64,000 nt of DNA from an uncultured Ruminococcus sp. (GTDB taxonomy: Bacteria; Bacillota; Clostridia; Oscillospirales; CAG-272), in assembly GCA_902782445.1 (NCBI GenBank), contig CACZNC010000016.1:13295-77294 (forward strand), read 5' to 3'. The translations under genes and the position numbers were made by a program. Each line of letters starts with the position of its first letter. Positions within the stretch are counted from its first letter, which is position 1. Shown here piece after piece: positions 27,379 to 35,832 of this stretch. A model generated the notes under the pieces. The model had not been told where the DNA came from, ran no database searches, and worked only from the letters and a program-made list of their open reading frames with translations.

Positions 27379-27405
27379 ATTTTTACCTTTCTTCAAAGGA
27401 AACAA

Positions 27406-28060
27406 ACGTATGGATCCCGCTTCACGGGAAATAGGAATGAAACGCTGCGCGTTTCAGATTTTATGTCCCTGCGCCGCGTCGACGCAGTCACGCAGACGGG
27501 CAGCCGGGAGGGAACATCTCATGGCCGACGAGTGTTGCTTCGCAAACTCTGCCCCTCCCGAGGGTCCAATTTGCGGAGCAAATAGTTGGCCGTATGGCAT
27601 AAACTTACCGCTCGTCCCGTCAGTTGAAATCTGACAGTGCGTCCCACGGTCCTCGCGCGGTCTGTGTTCGTGCAGCCGAAACATGCGCAGACAATGTCTG
27701 ACGCACCGACGCAGTCGTGCTGGCCTTACGGCGGAGATTCAGGCGCGCATTACACGGGACGCGCGGACGGGAAGTAGAAAATAAAACTTCATTTTCGCGC
27801 ACGGTTTGAGATTCAGACAGACATGCAGACAGAGCCGCGCGATCGAAAAGCATTCGGGTGAAACATGGGGTTTGGGCAAAGCGGCCGGCTGTTTTGATCG
27901 AAAAAGTCAGCCGTGAAGGAGGAAAACCGTGATTTTCCCCTTTCACCGATCACTTTTTCAGGGATCAGCGGGAATTTCGTCCGTTTCACGTGAAACAATT
28001 CTGAATTCATCATTCTGAATTCTGAATTCACTCGTCCCATTCCTTATTCCTCATTCCTCT
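27406..28060. repeat. R14 mosaic element: G(+) - parS variant - arm
   Basis: Between mreB and maf. The arm encodes the maf C-terminus. Confidence 0.8.
27982..27997. promoter_or_regulatory. parS: parS-like variant CGTTTCACGTGAAACA (1 mismatch)
   Basis: Exact read; R14. Confidence 0.5.
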
Positions 28061-28673
28061 CCATCTTCCCGATCTCCACGCTGACCCGGCAGATCGGGAG
28101 GCCGACGACGTTGAAGTAGTCGCCGCGGATGGATTCGACGAAGATGCAGGCGCCGCTCTGATAGCCGTAGGAGCCCGCCTTGTCGAGGGGATCGCCGGAT
28201 TCCACGTAGCGGCGGATCTCGCCGTCGCCGAGGGGCCGGAAGAAGACCTCCGTTTCCTCGGAGAAGACGGATCTTCTGCCGGAGGCGGGATGGACGAGGG
28301 CCACGCCGGTGAAGACCCTGTGGGACCGGCCCGAGAGCTCCTTCAGCATCCGGACCGCGTCGGCGGCGTCCTTCGGTTTGCCGAGGATCTCCCCCAGCCC
28401 GTCGGGACCCCCTCCCGGGAGCCAGACGATCGTATCGGCGGTGAGGATGAGGGAATCCCGCACCTCTTCGGAGTCCCCGAAGGCCCGGAGCGCGGCGCGG
28501 CTTTTCATTTCGGCCAGATCCCGGACGGTCTTCGCGGGATCGGAGGGGATGGGGACCACCGCGGATTCGTCGGCCAGAGAAGCCGGAGGGACCATCACGC
28601 GGAATCCGATCCCCGCAAGGGCAAGGATCTCCCGTCTGCGAGGAGAAGCAGAGGCTAGAATCAAGTTCATCAT
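28044..28673 (-). CDS. maf: Maf-like nucleoside triphosphate pyrophosphatase / septum formation protein
   Basis: LILASASPRRREIL...KAGSYGYQ. Upstream of mreB, as is common. The C-terminal MERNEE* is encoded by a repeat arm. Confidence 0.9.
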   Translation of the reverse strand: MMNLILASASPRRREILALAGIGFRVMVPPASLADESAVVPIPSDPAKTVRDLAEMKSRAALRAFGDSEEVRDSLILTADTIVWLPGGGPDGLGEILGKPKDAADAVRMLKELSGRSHRVFTGVALVHPASGRRSVFSEETEVFFRPLGDGEIRRYVESGDPLDKAGSYGYQSGACIFVESIRGDYFNVVGLPICRVSVEIGKMERNEE

Positions 28674-28782
28674 AGTCGTTCTTTTTGAGTTGTCAGCGGT
28701 TAGTGGTTAGAGGTTAGTAGAAGGCTATGGCAGTCCGTGGAAAAGTCGGGATTTCCGGCTTCCAGCCACTAACAACTGGAAA

Positions 28783-29040
28783 CTAATCCCTGACAATGCT
28801 GCGTCCAATGAGGAGGGACAGCACGATGAAGATCACCATCGAAACGGTGATGCGGACGGTGATGCCGAAAGTCAGGTGCAAAAGGTTGAGGTTCAAAATC
28901 AGCGGGGCTTCGGTGCCGAATTCGAGGCCGTAGGACAGCCATTTCAGCCAGGAGATCCCCACCGTCATGTCCGCAACGAGGGATCCGATCACCACGCCGA
29001 CGAGGATCAGAAAGAGATTGAGCCAGATTTTTGTTTTCAT
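28783..29040 (-). CDS. small membrane protein, DUF4321-like
   Basis: 85-aa, 3-TM ORF upstream of maf. The family call is from memory of the Clostridial maf neighbourhood. Confidence 0.65.
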   Translation of the reverse strand: MKTKIWLNLFLILVGVVIGSLVADMTVGISWLKWLSYGLEFGTEAPLILNLNLLHLTFGITVRITVSMVIFIVLSLLIGRSIVRD

Positions 29041-29340
29041 GTCATACTAATCTCAGCTAAACAGCTAACTATATGGGTTTCGATCGCAATATGTAGAAGG
29101 CGAACGACGGGGTGGGAATATCATTTTCCCAAACATGACTTCATCCATCCCACCCCCGAGAATCCCCTTTGGGAATTCTCGCTTACGTCAGCCGTAACAT
29201 TGAGCTCACGAACGATAACTCTGATAAGGTTGGATAGCTATATTGGTGTGCGGGCACAGACTGAACGAAATGGAGTCAGCCATGTCCTGCCCCAATTGAA
29301 GTTTCTTGCCAGGCTTCTTTTCAAAGAAGCCGCGTCTCCC

Positions 29341-29784
29341 CTATACCCCCGTATGTCCGAATCCGCCTGCCCCGCGTTCCGTTTCGTCCAGTTCCGCCGC
29401 CGTCTCGAAGACCGCCCGGGCGACGGGGAAGAACCCCATCTGGGCGATCCGTTCCCCGGGGGCGATCACCTGGGGCTCGGAGGAAAGATTCACGAGGGCC
29501 GCCTTGATTTCGCCCCGGTAATCCGAATCCACCACGCCGACGCCGTTGGAGAGCGCGAGTCCCCGTTTCGACGCCAGCCCGCTCCGGGCGAAGATCAGGG
29601 CCGCGTATTCCGCCGAGCCGAAATCCAGAGCGATCCCCGTCGGCACGAGGACCCTCTCCCCCGGCAGGACCGTCAGAGGCCCGTCCAGCGCCGCCGTCAG
29701 ATCGCAGCAGGCAGAGCCCGGGGTCTGGTAAGCCGGGATCGCCGCGTTTTCGCGCAATATTTTGATTCGGACGTTGATTTCCAT
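29341..29784 (-). CDS. dut: dUTP diphosphatase
   Basis: Internal start MEINVRIKILRENAAIPAYQTPGSACCDL...ARSGLA...GVVDSDYRGEI...RIAQM, 147 aa, with an AGGAGA Shine-Dalgarno. The upstream part of the track ORF is spurious. Confidence 0.9.
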   Translation of the reverse strand: MEINVRIKILRENAAIPAYQTPGSACCDLTAALDGPLTVLPGERVLVPTGIALDFGSAEYAALIFARSGLASKRGLALSNGVGVVDSDYRGEIKAALVNLSSEPQVIAPGERIAQMGFFPVARAVFETAAELDETERGAGGFGHTGV

Positions 29785-29821
29785 GTGATGTCTCCTGCAT
29801 GGCGCGAAGGCCGCCGGTCTT

Positions 29822-29837
29822 TGTTTCACGTGAAACG
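29822..29837. promoter_or_regulatory. parS: parS-like variant TGTTTCACGTGAAACG (1 mismatch), solo site
   Basis: Exact read. Lies alone in the 74-bp spacer between dut and the U32 peptidase gene. Confidence 0.5.
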
Positions 29838-29858
29838 ATCCGGCAGTCCCGCCCCGTT

Positions 29859-32201
29859 CTATCCGATCCGCACGCACGGCCCGGAGGGCTTTTCTCCCTT
29901 TTCGTACCTGCGGACGGTCTCCCCCATCTCCTCCGCCGATTCGACGGTCCAGAGGAAGGCGAGGGATTCGGCGCCGGCGAGATCTTCCGGACGGTCTGCC
30001 ATCCAGACGGGCTCCGCGTTGAAGATCACGTTCGAGCAGTCCGAAGCCCCGAGGACCGGGAAGATCTCCCCCTTCCGGTCGGTCAGCGTCCCGCGGCACC
30101 CGATGTGGGAAAACCGGGAATCGAAGACCTTCGCGGGATCCCGGCCCCCCTTTCCGCGGCAGAGGGGATTTCCGTCCCTCAGCACGCACCGGGCGGTCGT
30201 CATGACGGGGATCCTCCCGTAGGCGATGCAGGACACGGGGAACGCCTTTCCAAGAGCCCGGATCCCGCCGCAGGGGAGCTCGGGGGACAGGCCGATCACC
30301 GAAAAGCCGGATTCCCGGTAGACCTCCGCCGCCGCCGCGTTCGTCACGTTCCCCCGGAAGCTCAGGTCCACTGTCCAGTCTCCGTCCTCCCGATCCTCCG
30401 GGCGGAATCCTCCGATCCCGTGGGCCAGGATCCGGCGGCAGCCCGCGTCTCTGAGCGTCCCCCGCATCCGGTCCCAGCCGTCCCCCGGGAGAGGAAAGGC
30501 CGGCATCACGGCGCAGAGCTCGGTGTTTCCGACCCCGCGGGCGAGTCCCGCGAATTTCTCATATCGGTACGCCGGGATATATACCCGGGCGAATTTTTCA
30601 AATAAACGGAGGATCTTTTCGGGCCCCGCCATTTCCGCGTCCGCGAGGACCCTTTCGGCAGTCCCGTCCGCCATCTCCAGCGTCCGGAGCGGGGGAGCGG
30701 GATCCTCCCGTTTCTCCCTCCGCGCCGGGGAGACGTAGGGGACGAAGGGCTGTTCCGGGCGGGGCGCGGGATCTTCCGGTCTTTCCGGTTCCGCCGTCCC
30801 GAGCTTCGCCCGCAGGTCCTCCGCCGCGTCCCTTCTCATCCGGTTCAATGCCGACGCGGGCATCCAGAGCCCCGGATCGACGGAGAACGCGATGTCCTCC
30901 TCCCGGAGCGCGAACCCCGTCCCGCCGAGCTTGACGAGATTCCGGGCCGCTTGCTTTCCGTCCGTGGATCCACCCTCCGCCGGAGACGGGACATCCCCGA
31001 CCGACCGGGAGCGGAGTTCTTCCCGTCCCCCCGCCGCCGGCAGGATCAGCTCGAAGACCGCGGGGACCCCCGCCTTCATCGTGAAGACCGCTTTCAGGGG
31101 GATATCCGCTCCGTCCCCGCCGCCGGAGATCCGTTTTTCCAGTTCCTTCGCCGTCCTCCCGGGAGTGTAGGGACCTGCGAGGGATCCGGTCCTTCCCGCC
31201 TCCCGGGCTTCTTTTGCGGCGCCGAGCCCGTCGGTTCTGTCCCCGGCCATTCCCCGGTAACGCCCCGTGTAAAATCCGTCGGTGAACCCGCGGGTGAAGA
31301 GCTCCGCCAGTTCTTTGATCTCCCCGGGCTCCGCGTTCCTGTGCTCGTCCAGCAGGCGGCGGTAGATCCGCGTCACGCCCCAGACATAGGCCGCGCTTTT
31401 GAGCCGCCCTTCGATCTTGAGGGAGCAGATCCCCGTGCCCGTCACGTCCGTGAGGCGTCCGGCGAGGCAGAGATCCGCGAGGGACAGGGGGGTGGAGGAG
31501 GGATTTTTGTTCTTCTGGGATCTGTCCGCTCCGTCCCCGCTGTCGACCCGGTAAGGCAGACGGCAGGGCTGGGCGCATTCCCCCCGGTTCCCGCTCCGGC
31601 CTCCGCAGAAATAGGACAGCAGGCACTGGCCCGAATAGGACATGCAGTGGGCGCCGTGGAGAAAGATCTCGTATTCGAAGGGTTCGCCGGAATCCGTCAG
31701 GATCCCCGACCCCGCGAGCCCCATGATCTCCTCCCGGCTGAACTCCCGGGGCAGGACCAGCCGCCGGAACCCGAGTTCCGCAAGTCTCCGGCAGTCTCTC
31801 ACCGACCCGAGGGAAGTCTGGGTGCTGGCGTGAAAGACGGCGTGGGGGAAGCGCTTCCGAATTTCCGCCGCCAGCCCGAGATCGGCGATGATGACGGCGT
31901 CGGCCCTCGCATCTTCGTCCCCGCCGAGGATGCGCCCGCAGAGCCTCAGCGCGTCGTCCATCTCCCGGTCCCGGACACGGGTGTTCACCGTGATGTGGGC
32001 CTTCGCTCCGGCGGCGTGGCAGAGACGGATGGCGTCGGTCAGGGCGTCGTCGGTAAAATTCTTCGCCCGCATCCGGTTGGAGAAGGCCGATCCGCCGAAG
32101 TACACCGCGTCCGCTCCCGCAGCCAGAGCCGCCCGGAGAGCCTCGTCCGACCCGGCGGGGGAAAGGAGTTCGGGGGAAGAATTGTTCATGTTTATCTCCA
32201 T
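29859..32201 (-). CDS. peptidase U32 family protein (collagenase-like, long form)
   Basis: 780 aa with the N-terminal U32 signature ELLSPAGSDEALRAALAAGADAVYFGG...FSNRMRAKNF and HCMSYSGQCLLS. Confidence 0.85.
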   Translation of the reverse strand: MEINMNNSSPELLSPAGSDEALRAALAAGADAVYFGGSAFSNRMRAKNFTDDALTDAIRLCHAAGAKAHITVNTRVRDREMDDALRLCGRILGGDEDARADAVIIADLGLAAEIRKRFPHAVFHASTQTSLGSVRDCRRLAELGFRRLVLPREFSREEIMGLAGSGILTDSGEPFEYEIFLHGAHCMSYSGQCLLSYFCGGRSGNRGECAQPCRLPYRVDSGDGADRSQKNKNPSSTPLSLADLCLAGRLTDVTGTGICSLKIEGRLKSAAYVWGVTRIYRRLLDEHRNAEPGEIKELAELFTRGFTDGFYTGRYRGMAGDRTDGLGAAKEAREAGRTGSLAGPYTPGRTAKELEKRISGGGDGADIPLKAVFTMKAGVPAVFELILPAAGGREELRSRSVGDVPSPAEGGSTDGKQAARNLVKLGGTGFALREEDIAFSVDPGLWMPASALNRMRRDAAEDLRAKLGTAEPERPEDPAPRPEQPFVPYVSPARREKREDPAPPLRTLEMADGTAERVLADAEMAGPEKILRLFEKFARVYIPAYRYEKFAGLARGVGNTELCAVMPAFPLPGDGWDRMRGTLRDAGCRRILAHGIGGFRPEDREDGDWTVDLSFRGNVTNAAAAEVYRESGFSVIGLSPELPCGGIRALGKAFPVSCIAYGRIPVMTTARCVLRDGNPLCRGKGGRDPAKVFDSRFSHIGCRGTLTDRKGEIFPVLGASDCSNVIFNAEPVWMADRPEDLAGAESLAFLWTVESAEEMGETVRRYEKGEKPSGPCVRIG

Positions 32202-32214
32202 ACGGAACGGATTT

Positions 32215-32362
32215 AGCAGTTAGTAGTCAGTAGTTAGTTGGGAGCGGAACGAGTGAGGAGTTAGGAGTGGAAATTCAGAATTAAGAATTAAGAATTATGA
32301 ATTTGTTTCACGTGAAACAACGGAGAACGGTTCTGCCAGCCACCAGCCGCTGACAACTCCTA
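32215..32362. repeat. R15 minimal element: arm - parS - arm
   Basis: Between the U32 peptidase start and the zapA stop. Confidence 0.75.
32304..32319. promoter_or_regulatory. parS: parS-type 16-mer, perfect TGTTTCACGTGAAACA
   Basis: Exact read; R15. Confidence 0.65.
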
Positions 32363-32779
32363 TCTGATTTTCCCCAGCGCTTCTCTCAGCCGCTCCATCA
32401 GCGGTTCCGGGATGCCCGAGCCGGAGGCCGGTTTTCCCGCACGGGAGGCAAGCCGCGCTTCGAGCCTCGCGTAGTCTTCGACGAGGGACGCGATCCGCTT
32501 CTCCGCCTGCCTGAGTTTTTTCCCGGCCTCCTCCGCCCTGCGCTCCGCAGCATCCGCCCGGGATTCCGCTTCCACGGCGCAGAGGATCACGGCGTCCGTT
32601 TTCCCGTCCCGGGTGGCCATCCGGGGATTCGCCTTTCCCAGCTGATCCACGGCGTCGTTCAGCCGTTTTTCGATCAGGCGCACCGATTCCGGATCCTCGT
32701 CCGTGAGGACCGCGAGAAACCGCCCGGCGATCCGGACCGAAACGCGCGTCTTTCCGCGGCTCCCGTCTTCTTTCGTCAA
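32360..32779 (-). CDS. zapA: cell division protein ZapA
   Basis: 139 aa with a TTG start. RVSVRIAGRFLAVLTDEDPESVRLIEKRLNDAV..., then a coiled-coil tail. ZapA-like. Confidence 0.75.
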   Translation of the reverse strand: MTKEDGSRGKTRVSVRIAGRFLAVLTDEDPESVRLIEKRLNDAVDQLGKANPRMATRDGKTDAVILCAVEAESRADAAERRAEEAGKKLRQAEKRIASLVEDYARLEARLASRAGKPASGSGIPEPLMERLREALGKIR

Positions 32780-32889
32780 AACCGGCTGGCCCCCTTCCTC
32801 AGAACGATCCAGTTTATATTATAATACATTTCTCCGGGGAATGAAAGGGGGATTTGTGAATTTCTCCCGGGAATTTCGGGGACCGGGGG

Positions 32890-32918
32890 TTGACAGGAAA
32901 AGTCCGCCGTGGTATACT
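32890..32918 (+). promoter_or_regulatory. sigma-A-type promoter with no CDS for ~630 bp (possible ABC-F leader or ncRNA promoter)
   Basis: TTGACA (32890-32895), 17 nt, TGgTATACT (-10 at 32913-32918). Confidence 0.55.
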
Positions 32919-33206
32919 GGACCCGGAAAATAAAAAAGGAGCGGGGAACGGGTCGACCTTTCCGCGGCCCCCATCCCCCGGCACAGGGAAAACATGAAGA
33001 GATAACCGGAGCGCGAAATCAGAGCACGGCCGGCCGGAAAAAAATCCGACCAGACGCCGTTCCTGTTTCTGCGCCCGCGGGAGAACTCTCTGAGGTTTTC
33101 CCTTTTTTGCGTGCAAAAAACAATGACAAGTGAGGAGTGAGGAGTGGCTGGCGGTTAGTGGTTAGTGGCTAGTAGAACCGTTCTCCGTACTTGATTCGGA
33201 AGCGGG

Positions 33207-33222
33207 TGTTTCACGTGAAACA
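33207..33222. promoter_or_regulatory. parS: parS-type 16-mer, perfect TGTTTCACGTGAAACA
   Basis: Exact read; R16. Confidence 0.65.
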
Positions 33223-33438
33223 ATCGTGATTCCGGACGGCTGACCCTCGCCGTTTCGCTTCTCGTTGTCATTCTGAGGAGCCTGCGACGAAGAATCTCCG
33301 CACATGAAGGATGGGTTGGCCTTAAAGTTGGGAGATTCTTCACTTCGTTCAGAATGACAAAGTGAGGACGGAATGAAACAGTCAGCGTCCGATCTGACGG
33401 AAAAGCTCGTGAAGACTCAGAAGAATCAAATCCCCGCC

Positions 33439-33454
33439 TGTTTCACGTGAAACA
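33439..33454. promoter_or_regulatory. parS: parS-type 16-mer, perfect TGTTTCACGTGAAACA
   Basis: Exact read; R16. Confidence 0.65.
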
Positions 33455-33550
33455 CCGTCCAATTCTTAATTCATAATTCTGAATTCTGAATTCACTCCTC
33501 ACTCCTAACTCCTCACTCCTAACTCATCTCATTCCCACGGGGGTGCTTTC

Positions 33551-35086
33551 ATGCTGTATTGCCAAAACCTTACGATAACCCACAAATCCGACGGGCGCGC
33601 GCTGATCCGGGACTTCACCTTTTCGCCCCGGGCGGGAGAGCATCTCGCGGTGATCGGCGAGGAGGGGAACGGGAAGTCGACCCTGATCCGGGCCTTCCAC
33701 GATCCCGCGCTGATCTCCGCCTATGCCGCGGTCTCCGGGACGATCTCGAAAGGCGGCTCCTTGACGGGATATCTGCCCCAGGAACCGGATCCGAAGCTCG
33801 CCGGGATGCCGGTTTACGAATATCTGGAAAACGCCCTCTCCGGGGTCCGGCTCGAGGTCGGGGAACTGTCGCGGCTCTCCCGGGACATGGGGATCCCCTT
33901 CGATTCCCTGTACGCCGACCGGCCCCTCGGATCCTTCTCCGGCGGGGAGCAGGTGAAACTGAGGCTGCTTAGAATGCTCGCGGACATGCCGGATCTGATC
34001 CTTCTGGACGAGCCGTCGAACGACCTCGACCTGCCCGCCCTGGTGTGGCTCGAGGAATGGATCGCGGCGCGGCGGGAGACGGTGATCTTCATCTCCCACG
34101 ACGAGACCCTGCTGGAAAACTGCGCGGATTCGATTTTGCACCTCGAACAGGTCATGCGCAAGACGGAACCCCGCTGGACCCTCAGCCGGAACGGATACCG
34201 GGAGTACGTCGAGAGGCGGGAGGATCTCATCGGTCGTGCCGCCGCGCAGGCGAAGAACGACCGGGCGGCTTTCGAGAAGAAGATGGAGCGTTACCGCCAT
34301 ATCTACGAGCGGGTCCATCACGAGCAGAATTCGATTACGAGGCAGAATCCCTCCGGCGGCAGACTGCTGAAAAAGAAGATGCACACCGTCAAGGCGATGG
34401 AAAAGCGGTTCGAGCGGGAGCGGGAAAATCTCACGAAGAAGATCGACGCGGAGGAGGCCGTGATGATCGACTTCCCCCCGACCTCCATCCCCGCGGGCAA
34501 GACGGTCCTCGATCTCGACCTGCCCGAGCTCCGCGCCCCGGACGGAACGCTCTTACAGACGGACATCCGCCTCCACGTCGCGGGCGGGGACCATCTCGTC
34601 ATCACCGGTCCGAACGGCTGCGGCAAGACGACCCTCATGAAAAAGATCGCCGAAGCCCTTGGAGACCGCCGGGACATCCAAACCGCCTGCATGCCCCAGA
34701 ACTACGACGAGCTCCTTCCCCGGGACGCCGATCCGGTGGACTACGTCCGGTCCCGGCTGAACGGAGGGCGGGGGGATTTCAGCGAACCGGCGGCTGTGCG
34801 GATCCGCACCCTGCTCGGAAGCGTCAAATTCACCCCGGCGGAGATGGCCCGGCCCCTCGGGGAACTGTCCGGCGGCCAGCGGGCGAAGCTCTTCTTCATC
34901 GGCATGATCCTCGGCGGCGCGGACGTGCTTCTCCTCGACGAGCCCACCCGCAACCTCTCCCCCATGACGAACCCGGTGATCCGGAAGATCCTCTCAGCCT
35001 TCGGCGGCACGATCATCGCCGTCTCCCACGACCGGAAGTTCATCGAAGAAGTCGGAGAAGAAGAACTGGCGCTTGGAAGTCGTTAG
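33551..35086 (+). CDS. ABC-F family ATPase (two ABC domains, no TM)
   Basis: Two Walker A motifs (GEEGNGKST, GPNGCGKTT), two signature motifs (FSGGEQVK, LSGGQRAK) and an inter-domain linker. Confidence 0.9.
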   Translation: MLYCQNLTITHKSDGRALIRDFTFSPRAGEHLAVIGEEGNGKSTLIRAFHDPALISAYAAVSGTISKGGSLTGYLPQEPDPKLAGMPVYEYLENALSGVRLEVGELSRLSRDMGIPFDSLYADRPLGSFSGGEQVKLRLLRMLADMPDLILLDEPSNDLDLPALVWLEEWIAARRETVIFISHDETLLENCADSILHLEQVMRKTEPRWTLSRNGYREYVERREDLIGRAAAQAKNDRAAFEKKMERYRHIYERVHHEQNSITRQNPSGGRLLKKKMHTVKAMEKRFERERENLTKKIDAEEAVMIDFPPTSIPAGKTVLDLDLPELRAPDGTLLQTDIRLHVAGGDHLVITGPNGCGKTTLMKKIAEALGDRRDIQTACMPQNYDELLPRDADPVDYVRSRLNGGRGDFSEPAAVRIRTLLGSVKFTPAEMARPLGELSGGQRAKLFFIGMILGGADVLLLDEPTRNLSPMTNPVIRKILSAFGGTIIAVSHDRKFIEEVGEEELALGSR

Positions 35087-35136
35087 TGGATAGGGGCTAG
35101 TGGTTAGTAGAAAATGAAATTCAGAATGAAGAATTA

Positions 35137-35322
35137 ATACTGATTTCACTCTAAACCATGTCAAAAGTTTTTGATCAACCTTTTTTCAAAAAGGTTGCGG
35201 GGTCAAGGGGCAGAGCCCTTGCCGACGTCCGCAGGAGTTCCTCTTTTGGTTCTTTTCTCCTCGATAAAGGAGAAAAGAACAGCGATATCTCTGGATGACA
35301 TCATTTAGAACGGAAATAGTAT
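35137..35322. repeat. MITE-like element with ATACTGATTTC / GGAAATAGTAT ends (copy 2), nested in R17
   Basis: Same family as 15533-15747. Contains a perfect 13-bp hairpin GTTCTTTTCTCCT-CGATAA-AGGAGAAAAGAAC. Confidence 0.6.
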
Positions 35323-35328
35323 AAGAAT

Positions 35329-35344
35329 TGTTTCACGTGGAACA
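35329..35344. promoter_or_regulatory. parS: parS-type 16-mer TGTTTCACGTGGAACA
   Basis: Exact read; R17. Confidence 0.65.
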
Positions 35345-35458
35345 ACGGAGAACGGTTCTTCTAGCCACTAGCCGCTTTCAACTACGAACTCCTGATTCCT
35401 AAATCCTCACGCTAAACTGAAAAATGACCGCATCCTTTCGGAAGTACGGTCATTTTTA

Positions 35459-35548
35459 CGCAAAGGGTGGGATTCGAACCCACGGTCGGTTATTAGCCGA
35501 ACACACGATTTCCAGTCGTGCGCCTTAGACCAGCTCAGCCACCTTTGC
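35459..35548 (-). tRNA. tRNA-Ser (anticodon GGA), class II with a long variable arm
   Basis: Reverse complement GCAAAGGTGGCTGAGCTGGTCTAAGGCGCACGACTGGAAATCGTGT-GTTCGGCTAATAACCGAC-CGTGGGTTCGAATCCCACCCTTTGCG. 7-bp acceptor stem, anticodon loop CTGGAAA, GGTTCGAAT T-loop. No encoded CCA. Confidence 0.9.
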
Positions 35549-35617
35549 GTGTGCTGTGTCTACGGAGACACTGTTCACTTTTTCGCCGTTCCGGGGTATT
35601 CCCCGAACCGCTTTGTC

Positions 35618-35646
35618 ATTATATCACACGCCCGGGGATTTGTCAA
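35618..35646 (-). promoter_or_regulatory. sigma-A-type promoter of tRNA-Ser
   Basis: Minus strand TTGACA (35641-35646), 17 nt, TGaTATAAT (-10 at 35618-35623). About 60-70 nt leader before the tRNA. Confidence 0.55.
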
Positions 35647-35692
35647 GGGATTTTTCCGAGTTTTTTTGCCGCGGAGCCGGGAAAAGGAGGAA

Positions 35693-35832
35693 AGAAAATT
35701 CAGAATGCAGAATGAAGAACGCAGAATTGTTTCACGTGAAACAAGGAATCATTCCCAATTCCTCCTTCACTCCTAACTCCTCACTCCTGCCTCGTCCTCT
35801 ACTAGCTACTAGCTTCTATCCACTGGCAACTA
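35693..35832. repeat. R18 minimal element: arm - parS - arm
   Basis: Between the tRNA-Ser promoter and the lipoprotein stop. Confidence 0.75.
35728..35743. promoter_or_regulatory. parS: parS-type 16-mer, perfect TGTTTCACGTGAAACA
   Basis: Exact read; R18. Confidence 0.65.

Larger units (their letters stand above)
33129..33525. repeat. R16 mosaic element: arm - parS - E(+) - parS - arm
   Basis: Lies between the 32890 promoter/leader and the ABC-F start. Confidence 0.8.
35083..35412. repeat. R17 element: arm - [nested 186-bp unrelated element] - parS - arm
   Basis: The left arm is interrupted at 35137-35322 by a copy of the ATACYGATTTC-ended element. Confidence 0.7.

Noticed and set aside
32855-32880. 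GAATTTCTCCCGGGAATTTC resembles the Noc-binding site (ATTTCCCGGGAAAT).
   Set aside because: It carries extra bases that break both the consensus and the symmetry, and it is a single occurrence. Not supportable as an NBS.
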